A stretch of 64,000 nt of DNA from Eledone cirrhosa. Taxonomy: Eukaryota. The position numbers were made by a program, and so were the translations under genes. Positions 40,395-53,352 of the stretch are shown piece after piece (position 1 is the first letter of the stretch; every line of letters begins with the position of its first letter). The notes under the pieces are model-generated. The model was given only the letters and a program-made list of their open reading frames with translations. It did no database searches and was not told the origin of the DNA. The stretch spans positions 55,676,001-55,740,000 of the forward strand of contig OZ024742.1 in NCBI GenBank assembly GCA_964016885.1, read 5' to 3'.

Positions 40395-40600
40395 ATAGTT
40401 ATACTTTGGGAGGGTCATGTTGCGAATAACAACACACGCATCTGTTGTTTTTACTTTAATTTATTATAAATTTACGGTTGGTTGATTTGTTCGATAACCG
40501 GAAGGTTGGTTATATAATGTTAAAGTTGTTCATCACACATTTTGTGACCTCCTCTGTGACTAGGTTTTTCTTTTCCTTTTTGTGTCCCTTCTTTGTTCTG
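40395..40600 (-). mobile_element. Diverged solo 3' end of the 37700-39015 family
   Basis: Reverse complement matches about 38745-38957; ends at aagtataacta into (TA)n. Confidence 0.75.
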
Positions 40601-40632
40601 ACTCTTTCTCTCTCTATATATATATATTTATA

Positions 40633-40666
<34 letters not shown>

Positions 40667-42884
40667 TTCGTTAGCTTCATTTTAGGTTACGCCGCACTTT
40701 TCATTTTTACAATTGTTGAATTTTAATATTATATTCGTTGTAAATTAGAATTGAAACCATAAAAAGTTAAGGAATCTTTTAACAATAACATGATTTACCC
40801 AATAACGCGGAGGTTTAACTGTAGGTGTCATCGAAAAGTGTTTAACATTACTCAATATATTTCTCAAATAAAATAGTATGACAGCATCTGAAATAAAATA
40901 TTTCATTAGTAATAAATTGAAACTCAAATAATGACACGCTAACCTTTCAGAGAGTGAATTAACTAATACATTCAAATGCGAAAAAGAAATATGTTTAACT
41001 CTTCGCGACGGAGAGTGGCCGCTATTCAAACAGCTTATTATTGTCAGCTTGTCGGGCAACGGATAAATGATTAATCCTATATTTTCTATACAATAGTAAT
41101 GTCATTTCTACAACTAATATTTGTGAAAAATAAGCAACATTTTATTATTATTCAACATGGGCCTTATCTATGTTTTTGAAAACGTATCTCTGCAAAATCC
41201 CATTTAACCTATGTATTATTAATAGAGATGTGAGGAAACAGAATACGATGGATAGCATTAAGTTGATCCAAATATTGCTCATATTCATGTATTATATAAC
41301 TAAATTATATTAACCAAATAACAATTAAGCAGCCTGTTTCACGTAGAGACACACACAGGTTTACATATATAATTTCATACACACATTTATAAATACGAAT
41401 ATACAAACACACCGAGACACAGATCTTTGTGTATGTATGCATATGAGTGTGCATGTGTGTGAATAGGTGTTGGATTGTGAGTATATATGTGTGGATGTTA
41501 ATATGTGTGTATTGGCTCCTGTAATTCAATTCGACCTAACTGTGAACCACTGAACCAAGAATATTAATATGTTTAAAATCAAAATATTTCTTAGTAATTT
41601 TCAAATAATTTTCAGTAAATACTAAGTGAAACAGTATATAATTTCAACTATCTACGATATCTAAAGTTCATCAACTATACCATTTTCGAAATTGTCTTTC
41701 CTTTAATAAATATTTTGTTATAATTAAATTCGCGTCACGAACTAACGAATGTGATTTCTTACAAAATGTTATTTCAACACGAAGCAATAAACATTTAATA
41801 TCATATATAAGCATGTTTTGAAACAAAAATAATATCAGCTATGAATAGCAGAATAGAAATTTATGTTACTAGGCTGAAATTATTCCATGACTATGCTTCG
41901 AAAGAAATCTTATATATTCTATTTTTGTACTTGTTTTAATCATTAAATTTCGGCCCAAACTGTGGGACTGGTGAAAGTGTTATAAAATCAAATGATTAGA
42001 TAAGAGAGACCCGGAAAAATGGAAGTAATGTCGTAGGTTCGATTCCTGCACTGTGTGACGCGTTGGGTTCTTGAACAAAACAATTCATTTCACGTTGCTC
42101 CAGTATAGTTTGCTGAAAATAAGTACTAACAGTATTGGGGAGTTACTGCTGCTATGAACTGGTATCCTGTCGATGAAGGAACCTTATACTCTCAGGTGCC
42201 GATGAAACAAGGGTAAGTAACGGCGTGAAAAGCTCCAGGCCTCAGACACACTAAAGCCTCGTGGCTTACCGGTCTGGGCAACGCATATTAAACAGCAATA
42301 ATTGTCACTACACATATATTTCATGGAATAACAATAGAACCGAATCACATGTACCAACCAAATCAAAACAGTGAATATGTCCATGACAGACATACCTCTA
42401 TTGTAATGTGTTGGACTTTGTAGTGAGCACATGCAAATAAAGAAATATAACAGCACTACTGAAAAATTGTAATTAAGAAGAAGAAGAAGAAGAAGAAGAT
42501 TAACGATGGTGATAAACATTCTGAAAAGGAGAAAATGTTTCTTGGATAATACGGATGTTAGCGATAACAAAATATAAGATGCGCCTTAGTAAATGTTATA
42601 GAATAATTAACTGATTCTCGAGAAAATATATAACGTGTTAAGGTGGCCTAATAATGATGACAACATCATGACAGTTTCGTAATATCTTAAATGTGTATAA
42701 TACATATAAACCAAACTCCATAAAGTTAATTACCTTCACTCGATGGATCGCGTAAATTAGTTGTCAAAGAAATGTCTCAAATAGATTCTTCTGTACAGAA
42801 ATACACTAATTTGGCCAAGATATTGGTATGCAATTTGTGTTTTAAAATACAGTAGCCTTACATTATATAAATATTATTCATTGA

Positions 42885-43345
42885 GGAAGGCGCAAGATTA
42901 GTACAATGATTAGGACGATTGACAAAATGCTTTGAAGTATTTAGTTACGGCCATTTACCATCCGATTTCAAATTCCCACGTACTCAACTTTACATTTCAT
43001 CCTTCTGGAGTCGTAAAATAGAGTACCAGGGATGTACAGGATACGATGTAATTGACCTTTTCCTTCCCTCAAATAGTTGGCCTTGTTCGTAAATTAGAAA
43101 TCGATATTATTCATAGGTATGAGGATGTAACAGAGCACATTTCTCAGATATATTGATTTCTAATTTACGCACAAGGCCAGCAAAATTGGGTGAAGAGCAA
43201 AGTTGATTAAATGAACCCAAATATTTGACTAATAAATCCTTTTATCGATCGCGGTATTATAAAAGACAAAGTTGACCGAGGCGTGACTTGAACTCAGATT
43301 GTAGACCCGGAACAGATGTCTACCAATTCTACCAATCCACTACTC
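42885..43345. mobile_element. Two old family-1 SINEs, tail-to-tail (42885-43110 +, 43150-43345 -)
   Basis: Degenerate B-boxes and bodies in opposite orientations. Confidence 0.65.
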
Positions 43346-44039
43346 GATTTATTAGTTTTATTAATCATACTTAGGCATGCCATAAATAGACAGCATAATT
43401 AAGAAATGCGATGATGAACATATTACAGAATATTTAAAAGTTGCTTCTAACTCAGTTAAATTGTATAAAGATCTGTTTAAATATTTCTTTACTGTTTTCC
43501 TGTAAAAAACATTGCTCATGGCATATTTATGTGACACTATGCCTGGCTAGAGTGACAGAAGAAGGTATCCTGAGACGAGAAAACGTGCTCCATTATTTGC
43601 AACAGAGTGTACACTTCTAAAAATACTCCTGGCCCGGGTGGGTGGGTGAATCTTCGTGAAGAATGATGCCTAAGATCTAAAGAGTCCGCCGTGGGGATTG
43701 AACTCGTAATTCAAACAGTCCGAACATATATATACCACAAAGCCATCTAACAAATCTCCCTCGCTGTTGTGTACATTATTTTATCGACCAGGAAAGGACG
43801 AGAAGCAAAAATAACCGCAGTGGGGTGGGAACGCAGAGCACAGAACAAATACCACATTTTATGTTGCCCAACACTCTAAACTTTCCTCCTGTTCACCACT
43901 TACATGTGATCTAAAAAATTCTCAGCGAAGCAACTTAAGATGAAAAGGTTCCCGTAGATAAGAAACGACGGAAGACTATTATCATATATTATAATACTAA
44001 TAGTAGTTATTATGTGACTTAAAATGGAAGGAAATGATT

Positions 44040-44990
44040 AATGGCATGTGAAATATAAACAAAAAGAGGGGAACGTTTTATATTACAGAACGTAATAAAT
44101 ATCCTCGAACGATTGAGGCAAACAATTTAAAATATACCAAAGCTGTAAAATGAAAGACTTCAAAATGTGTGGAAACAGAGTAATTTAAGAGAAAATATTT
44201 GGAAACCACCAGTATATCGACAAAATTATTTAAAACATAATGGACATGTAGACATGCAGAAGGTCATTATATTTTACGAGAAAAACGTATATAAAACTTG
44301 ACATTTTATAAAAACCTTTGATCTTAAGAGTAAATGACAAGGCCTTGTAAACAACCTGTTCCAGATTGTATATACAAAAAGCCACTACTATTTAAGTAGC
44401 CAAAGAAGAGAAGTTTTGGCACATTTCTGTTTATTATTACATGCATTAATAACCAGCAACTATGATAACCATCATAGAAACAAACTCGACTGCATCAATG
44501 AGGTCAAGGAATGTTTCACTCCAGTGGCTGCGTTTTAAGCAAAGGCAGAACTTTATTTACGAAGGAATACTATATTTATATTATATAACACAGCGCTCTA
44601 ATAAAAACAATTACACAGAATCTACCTAGGAATATGAGTAGCCTATAAATTAAACATGATACAAGGAACTGGTATAGGAGCAAATCACTAAATATGATCA
44701 GTTGGAAGGTCATGAAAATGATGCGTGATTTCGTCTTTCAATGAGAATGTAAGAAAAAAATATGACACTTGATATTGCTATCGTGGAACATCAAATCAAG
44801 GCAATTGGAAATGATAGATATTGCAGTAGATTTCAATACTGGAATTATCATAACCAAGCTTGAAAAGCTGGAGATTTATATGGATCACATTTTAAAGTTA
44901 AAATGTGTGATCATAAAACTTTTGTGGTTTATAATAGACTGACCAAAGAGTTGAAGAGATGAACACAACTTGTTTAACCTCTTCAATGCA
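44040..44990 (+). mobile_element. Highly decayed R4-type RLE retrotransposon remnant
   Basis: Fragments such as DIAIV..., MIDIAVD...IITKLEKLEIYMD resemble the RLE C-terminus seen at 1-390. Confidence 0.35.
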
Positions 44991-45685
44991 GTAGAGATAG
45001 ATACATGCCAAAAGAAAATTTCTATTCTACTCATTCTTTTTTTTTTAACATGAGATCGGATTAGGCTAAACAGTATTTAGACAAAACTAGTTGACGTATT
45101 CGTTGCCTGGTGTACAATTCGTCTTATGGTATCAAATCCAGATATGTATTCTACTTGGATAAATTCGTCCCAACTTATAATACAGTTAAGATAAAAGTGT
45201 CTTGTGTGCATAGCTTGAAACAAAACAGGACAAAATACACATAAGAATACAATTTCTAATCGAAAGTAATCAAAAAATTACCATTGTCCACAATGTATTT
45301 TCCAAAATACTATATTAATGTACATCACAATCCAGAATCTAGTATTTTTAATCAATGCACGTTTCGATGTTTATAAATTTTCTTCAGTGTATACGTTATT
45401 CTTACTTTTGCTAAGAACATAAACAACATTAGAAACCTCACAGAGCCTATGATCCTCTCACTCAAGATATGTACCATCATGTAATATCCACCTTGCTGCA
45501 AACATAGGGCCAACTAATTAGTATATAGCTGGAAAAACATGCATAGTTGTCTTTATATATTAAAATAACCGAACAAGTATATAATTAGAAAACGGCCAGA
45601 GAAAAAAGCATTGAGTGTTTTGCAGTTTAAATGAGTACACTAAGTACAACAATATGGATATTATTTAATTCAGGTTTTAATTCAG

Positions 45686-45878
45686 AGGGTGGTAGATTGG
45701 CAGTATTGGTAGAGGGTCGGACGCCATGCTTTGCAGCAAAGAGTTATGTCCCTTTATGGTCTGAGTTCAAATACCACCGAGGTTAACTTTGCCTTTCATC
45801 CTTACGGGGCCGATAAAATAAAGTACCAGTAATGCACTGCGTAATTGCTGGCCTTGTGCCAAAAAGTAGAAACAATTA
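45686..45878 (+). mobile_element. tRNA-derived SINE, family 1, with an imperfect TSD
   Basis: Full body; flanks ttatttaattcaggtttt and ttacttaatttaggtttt. Confidence 0.85.
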
Positions 45879-46259
45879 CTTAATTTAGGTTTTTATGAAA
45901 GATGATATCATGTATATGGCTAACTGAATACGCACGTGTGTTTTTTTTCTCAATTTTCTTTCCTTTCCTTCCTCTTCCCATACTTTATATTTCTATTTCA
46001 TCTTTTCTCTCTCATTCTATATTCTGATGAAGGACTAGAGTCCGAAAAATTGAGACTCTTTTCCTACTATTTCAACTGTTCAACTAGTGTATTTCTTCAT
46101 TGTAATGTGTCGTTTGCTTTATTATTTCTGTTTACATTTTGAACACAAACACATACAGACGCATGCATACGCACATTCACACAACAGAGACATACACACA
46201 TACACACGCACACACAGACACCAACGCACACACACACATACACACACACGCACACACAC

Positions 46260-46289
<30 letters not shown>

Positions 46290-46290
<1 letters not shown>

Positions 46291-46743
46291 AATTTCGTAT
46301 TTCTAAAGTAACGTGGTTTTAGGAAGCCGTAGCTATGCAAACACCGAGGCTAACGCCCTCTGGTGGTGTCCAGCAGAAGCCAGGGGACAACCGTCTATGC
46401 ATTTCTAGATTGACCGGCCTTCCTCAGAGTGTTCCCTCCCACCGCTAGCGACTGCTGGACTTGAAGCGAAAGTTGAGCCAACTTATGCAGATTCATATGC
46501 AGATGAGATTAATCACCTCATTTACAAAGATGAGAAAACTATATGTTCTCGATTGTAGTCAAGTCGAGCAGTCGCAAGCGGAGGGAGGGACCGCCCTGAG
46601 GACGGCCAGTCGAGCCTTAAATGGATAGACGGTTGTCTCCCTAACTGCTGCTGGACGCCACCAGAGGGCGTTAGCCTCAGTGTTTGCATAGCTACGGCTT
46701 CCTAAAACGAAATTTCTATACAAAAGCTATACTTGAAGCGAAA

Positions 46744-46745
<2 letters not shown>
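46290..46745. mobile_element. Diverged fold-back PLE end (arms about 46290-46463 and 46558-46717) with hammerheads 46390-46433 (-) and 46590-46633 (+)
   Basis: Consensus of the two arms: accgYc-CTGAGGA-aggc/N7/gcct-GAAA-tgca-TA-gacggt; each arm carries different lesions. Confidence 0.75.
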
Positions 46746-46788
<43 letters not shown>

Positions 46789-49700
46789 GATATAAAATTC
46801 AATTAAGTTTGTAACGAATATATACCTCGCTAAATTATATCCTATATAAATTGTATTTCTTTGACAGTTCCATATATAGAAATAATTTAAATATATGTAT
46901 ATCATATGTTATGGAATAACCTACGAGATCACTAGCAATAACATTTAAATAATTCATTGACATATTTGTGGGCGTCAATAGAATTGTGGCCGACATTTTC
47001 GAAATGCATTGAAATAATTCATCCTAGAAAGTCTTTATAAACAGTAACAAATGTAGGAATCCTAACAGCATATTCGATAAATGGGAAAATGTTCATCAAA
47101 CGTACCTACAGATGTAAAACAAATTATCTGCCAAAAGGGACTATAAGTGAAATAACTTTGGTTGTCAATTCCTAAATATTTCTACCATACTCGTTAATAT
47201 AACACCAATTATTCATGTCACAATACTCAGCTTTATTTCAAATGCAGATGAGTCTTATTTGCCTCCACTATCTGATAGTATTGATAATATTTCAAATATG
47301 TTATAAACTAAACTAAAACCAAATATAATGAAATTAACTGGTTCTAGACTTTTAATTCTACTAGCCGAAAACTCTGTTTTACGCATCGCCAAGTAACCAT
47401 ATATGCCCAGCAAATTATCTTAGTGAACGTAGTTTCAATTCAATTGAACACAAGAGGATTTGTCTTGAACTGTATGAAATTCATGTAACAAATTCATTTT
47501 CCCCAAAAATGCTTATAGAATACTTGTGTCTAATGCACATTGCTTCTGATTATATTCAAATTTGAGTATTATGTATTATCAATTGAGTAAAGGCTATGTA
47601 GATAATTCATATTTATTAAATAACAGAGCTTTAATTGAAAGTGTAAACTGCTTTAATTAATTTCCAACTGTTATTGAACACATTCTATCTTTGTACTTAG
47701 CATAATTTATTTATTAATGCAAAATATTATACATAATGGAAGGTTACTTTTTTCCTCTGTAAATGCCAAAGTGGTATTTCAACAAATGGGAATAAAATCA
47801 GTCTTATAATGGGTGCTAATCCTAGCAAAGACAAGCAAATATTAGAATTTTTAACAAGAAATATTTTAAACAATATGGAATTTGTCATTATGAATTGCAA
47901 TTGGTCACAGATATTTGATGTTAGACATTTAACTTTGATAGTAATAGGAATTCTGAACACCCTAATATAAGCAGGAGTTTTTCATGGTCATGTTCTGTTA
48001 ATGTTTAATGAAAAACATTAACTCAATACCTAAGCAAAATAGAGGAGATCCTTTGCGCAGAAATCGTTTCTCTACTTACACAGCATTCCGATAATCTAAA
48101 TTGTAAATTCCCACTCATGAAGAATTGTCAATATAGTAAAGTCGTGATTTCTAAGGAATTCGTGTAGTGTATGCCAATAACTCTTGACGGAGATCCACCT
48201 GATGGAACAGCGACCAAGCACTGTACGAATTACGTCCATACATTTGACAGCAGATATATTGTTCTTCACAACAATGCCTCTACTTCAGGTTTAACTACTA
48301 TTTCAATATAAATGCATGCTCTTTAATGATATCTTTCAAATGCATCTTCAGATACACATACAAACCTAACATTGCATACATGTTTGAATTGACAAAATTA
48401 TTAACGGCGAAGGAATTGTTCACGAGGAAGTATTGAATACTTAAAATACTAAAAACGTTGAATACTTTTAAAGAAACGTGACAATTATTTGATAATCTAA
48501 TGCAGTACAATCACATGTCATTGTATGGATGCAGTTCCTTTGGACAGCGAAAACTTAGTTCATTTGTCGAAACGGAAATGAAGACAGACCGTGCAGAACT
48601 ATGGAAACTGAGTGATCATTGCTCGGTTGAAACTGCTCAAACAACGTACACTGTCAGTTTTAAAATCACTGGACTCTAAGAATATTACTGTTGAATATGA
48701 AAGGAGCTTCAATTCTTGCGTGTTTGTATACATTGTGTAACCTTCCTTATCAATATCCCTTTTAAAACCGCTGAAAAAAAACAAAATATATTGACAAATA
48801 TTAATGAATTGAATGTCTGAAGCCAACACCTACCAACATAAGTTTGATATTAAACGATTTTCTCTTTTGAAATTTTACAAAAATAATCCGAATATCCCAG
48901 TACAAATCTACTGGACTTCTGAAGAAAAACGTTGCATATGAGAATATCGACACAGGGCGTTACTGGTACTTTATTTTATCGACCCCGTAAAGATGAACGG
49001 CAAAGCTAACCTCGGCGGGTTTAGAACACAGAAATTAAAGGGCCGTAACTCTATGTTGCAAAGAACGTACGATACTTTAAGGATATTGGAAATCCACTGC
49101 ACTGCAGCATTCTTATGTAAAATAAGACGTGGTATGAGTCTACGTCACTAAAATAAATTTCTTCCCGTGTATGGTTCTATTGTTATTTTTTTAATAAGTC
49201 AACGTAATATAGTTAAGCATGATGTCAACATCAGTCCAAGTAATATATATAATTATTGCATAAAATAAAATGTATGTGATATACCTCCATAATGCAACTA
49301 AAATTTAGTTACTAGTGGCTACCTTGATAGTTAAGCTATCAATGTATATACGTATTCAGGATTATTTTGTATTATACATTTTCGTGAATTCATATCGGCA
49401 AATTGACAGAGTCGCTAGAAAGTCGGATAGTATGCTTCGAAATATTCCTTCCGGTTCTCCGCATCCGAAGTTCAAATTTCACCGAGGTCAACTATACTTT
49501 CTTCATTCCGATGTCAAGCATTGCAGTAGTAGTGTCGAAACATCCTCCATATGACTTCCTCACTTCCTCTCTATCATTCAGTATCTTTACTCTGGAAGAA
49601 TTTGGTCTTATTCAGTTATGGAGAGGGAAAAAGTTACGCCAGTTTGAACTTAAATGCTCGAAATACGCCGTATCTATATCACTACAAACGCACTAAAATA

Positions 49701-50320
49701 CTCTACTGTGACGATTAATGGGTTAAGAAAGTTTAATAAATTCGAGAGACACGAATTAAATATGTTATTTAGCAAATTATCTCACGAAGCATGTGAAATA
49801 TAAATCATTCTTCTACATAACATAGTAGAACATAGCTGTATTTGAATAGAACACACACACACACAGTGCCACACACGCACACACATATGTTTATATATAA
49901 CAATCATTTACTATGTGAATCTACCATTGACTGAACCATAATTACAACCGTATATTCATAATTAAATTCTTATAAGCATTCAATATGTGTAATCTGCAAA
50001 TCAAAATGTGTTTTTTCAGAGGCAGATAATGTATACAAAATATTGACTATATTATGTAATCTGCTATATATATATATATTTATATATATATATATATACA
50101 CATATACGTGTGTGTAGTGGGGTGCAGGTGTGCATCTGTATATATATATATATATATATAAATATATAAATGGAATACTCCTGCGTATAGCAACTTATGG
50201 AATGTGTATATCTGCAGAACTCATTTGCTACTAGAAAACATGGTGGAAGAAACACAATGTTTCTGTAACATTTACCAGATCATACATATATGAGCTGCTA
50301 ACACAATCACTCTATCTGTA

Positions 50321-50413
<93 letters not shown>

Positions 50414-50529
50414 GTAAATATACACGGGTGTGTATGATTGTGTATAGAAGATTATATTAATAAGAGGAATTCCAACTTTGTCTGATTTACTCGTTTTATT
50501 TACAATCCTTTAAAATATATACTAAACAA

Positions 50530-51868
50530 CACCGGAAACTTCCACACCAACAGTGACATAGACTGCCTTTACTGGAAACGTAAGCAGGGAGGCAGAGACC
50601 TAACATCAGTGCAAACAACAGTTTAATGTCCCATCATATCTCTCCGACAACATCTACGAACCTCGAAGCGTAGGAGCCCGTTTCTCGAGCAAGTCTATCT
50701 GGATAAAACATAAGATCATGAGAGTTGGGAAGGAACTCCTCGAGAGATATTCCCTGTGTGATAATCAAAAACTCACACCCAGAGAAGTCGCTCAGCAGTA
50801 TCGCATTGAATCTATGGATGAAAAACCTCATGCTTATCAGCAAAAAATCATGCATGGATATGTTGCCAGGAAGCTCCAGAGTGAGAGTAATATAGATAAA
50901 GAAAGTAGTCTATCTTGGACCAACAACCGCTATATTGGATCCCACTTTGAAGGATACGCTTTTTCAATCCAAGAACAGGAGATTGACAAGAAATACCTGA
51001 TTCACAAAAGAGATAGGGATGTAGGCAAACCGCCTAGATGTGATAACAAGTGCAGACTCTGCAGAACTAACATCTAGGATATCACCCATATCATCAGCAG
51101 CTGTCGAAAGATGTCATCGCAGTACTATCTACCTATGAGGTATGATGTAGTGGCCAAAACACTGTACAATGTAGTTCGTAAAAACGATAGCCCCGGTAAA
51201 ACACATTAAAAGCTACAGCAATGTGGAAGATAACCATGTATATAATATGAAAGAATACTGGTGGAATGTTCCAGTAAAAATCCAATAAAATGCAGGCATA
51301 ACAGACCAGATATTATGATATGGCATAGGGAGAAGAAAGCATGCACAGTAGTGGAAATTAGCTGCCCAGCAGATGCCAATATAATATCAAAGATTAGCGA
51401 AAAGGAGAATAGTTATGCAGAACTGATTAGAAATCTGCAGATACTCCACCCTGATTACACCTTCGGATTTATGCCTGCGATTATTGGGGCACTGGGGTAT
51501 ATTAGTAACTGCCTCAATACAAATCTTGAGAAGCTAGGCTTCACAGGAACAGAAAGAACACAACTAGTTAGGAAATTACAAGTACAATCCATTAATGGAA
51601 CAGTAAAAATATGTAAAACATTCCCAAAACTTTGCATCTAATAACTGCATATACACATGTAGAGATGCAAAGCATATACACATACACACATACAACTCAA
51701 AACATCCACATCTACACATACAATAACATCCATATCTACACATGCATGCATACATAATCTACCTAGTTGATGTTGTGTAAATTCCAATGAGAGAGTCATG
51801 TGTATATGTTAGTAACCGACTCTCTCTTTATTGGGAGAAAATTTGTGAAATTATAAAACCAGAAGAAC
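50530..51868 (+). mobile_element. 5'-truncated R4/Dong-type retrotransposon (CCHC knuckle plus RLE) ending in (CATA)n
   Basis: DIDCLY.KRKQGGR; IQEQEI; CRLC..DITHIISSC; RYDVVAK; HNRPDIMIW..CTVVEISCPAD..EKENSYAEL..IIGALG. 3' UTR hairpin gagagagtc/gactctctc. Confidence 0.9.
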
Positions 51869-53169
51869 ATACATACATACATGCATGCATACATACATAC
51901 ATACATACATACATACATACATACATACATACATGGTGGCTGCCAACTCGTTTTCGAGTACGGCCACTACTTTATATCCATGTAGGAGAACCCCTACTGA
52001 TGCGCTAAACAAGTGTGACTTTTTAGTCCAGCCAGCGACTTGAAAACTCTGGTACAAACACTACACTTGTGACAATTATTGACACATAGTGCTGGGCCCA
52101 TGGTACCATATGACGACAAGTGCAGAGAGATCTCCAGATATAAAGCAATGCCTGTGCCGTGAAGCTTTTATAGTGAGCAAAGGCACTGCACAAAGCCAGT
52201 CCCACTCTCTTAACCAATATGATATTTACCAACAAGAAGAACAAGTCAACATCATTGGATACCATTAGGGTTGCAGGTGTTATATCAGAGTTTTCCTTCT
52301 CCTAGAATTCTGCCTTGACAAAGGCTAAGGGGTCATCTCTTCCGGTGATTTTGGATGGCCATTGATTCTTAAGAGCTCCTTCGTCCTTTGACAGGTTTTG
52401 TTTTTAGTCCTGCAGGATGTCCAAAGTCACCCTCCTCACCAAGAAACCTTGGTGGGGTTGCCAGTTTAGTCGCCAACGACCCGACCATGGGACAGGTTGT
52501 ACTGGGATACATGTTACCAGTAGCACAAACTGGTGACCTGACATACATACATACATACATACATACATACATACATACATACATACATACATACATACAT
52601 ACATACATGTTGGAGCGTTTGTTGTGGGTGTTTTCAACATTAAACATATGGGTTTATATATTCTATCCAATGAAATGTATCTTGTTTACATAAAGATAAA
52701 CATATTTCTGAAACCTTATTTCGTTAGTTTAATGCCAGTCAAATATATATGAACATATTTTTTGCATGGTTTCTATGTCACCACAAAGATATTTCATGTC
52801 TCTGCTTAATGGTATTCGTATAAATGTAAAATATCTCAGAGGCTTGAGAGTTACGTGCTAAAATTTTATTTATATTTGATACAAATTCCTTATGAGAGTG
52901 TAATAAATACGGTCTATAAAATTTCGTAATGCGCACCATATGTATGAATTAGATCTCCGACGTCAAAGTGTCTAAAGCACACAATATGAAATAGAATCTC
53001 CTAAATATTTATATTTAGAAAACCCTCTCTGCTCTCGCTTAAGTAGACAGCATTCCTGTTAGATTCAGTTAGCTTAGAATTAAACAAATTCGATACTTCT
53101 CATTTAAAGTAAATTTATCACTTTTATTATATACACATGTACCCACGCGTGCATATATCAATCTCTAAT

Positions 53170-53263
<94 letters not shown>

Positions 53264-53303
53264 AAAGAACAGAAGAGCGTCTACAACATCAAAAAATGTT
53301 TAT

Positions 53304-53352
53304 TGGCTTACAATGTTTCTTCCTTACGTAACCGTAGGATTCTTCAGAGCTA
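53304..53352 (-). ncRNA. Minimal hammerhead in the inverted pLTR
   Basis: gct-CTGAAGA-atcctacg/gtta/cgtaaggaa-GAAA-cattg-TA-agc-c-AATAAA. Confidence 0.8.

Noticed and set aside
52380-52541. Possible HDV-like ribozyme on the minus strand (gtcg/ttgg/cgac-taa-actgg)
   Set aside because: P2 and P4-like pairings exist but P1, P3 and the L3 loop could not be assigned; probably a retroelement UTR fragment.
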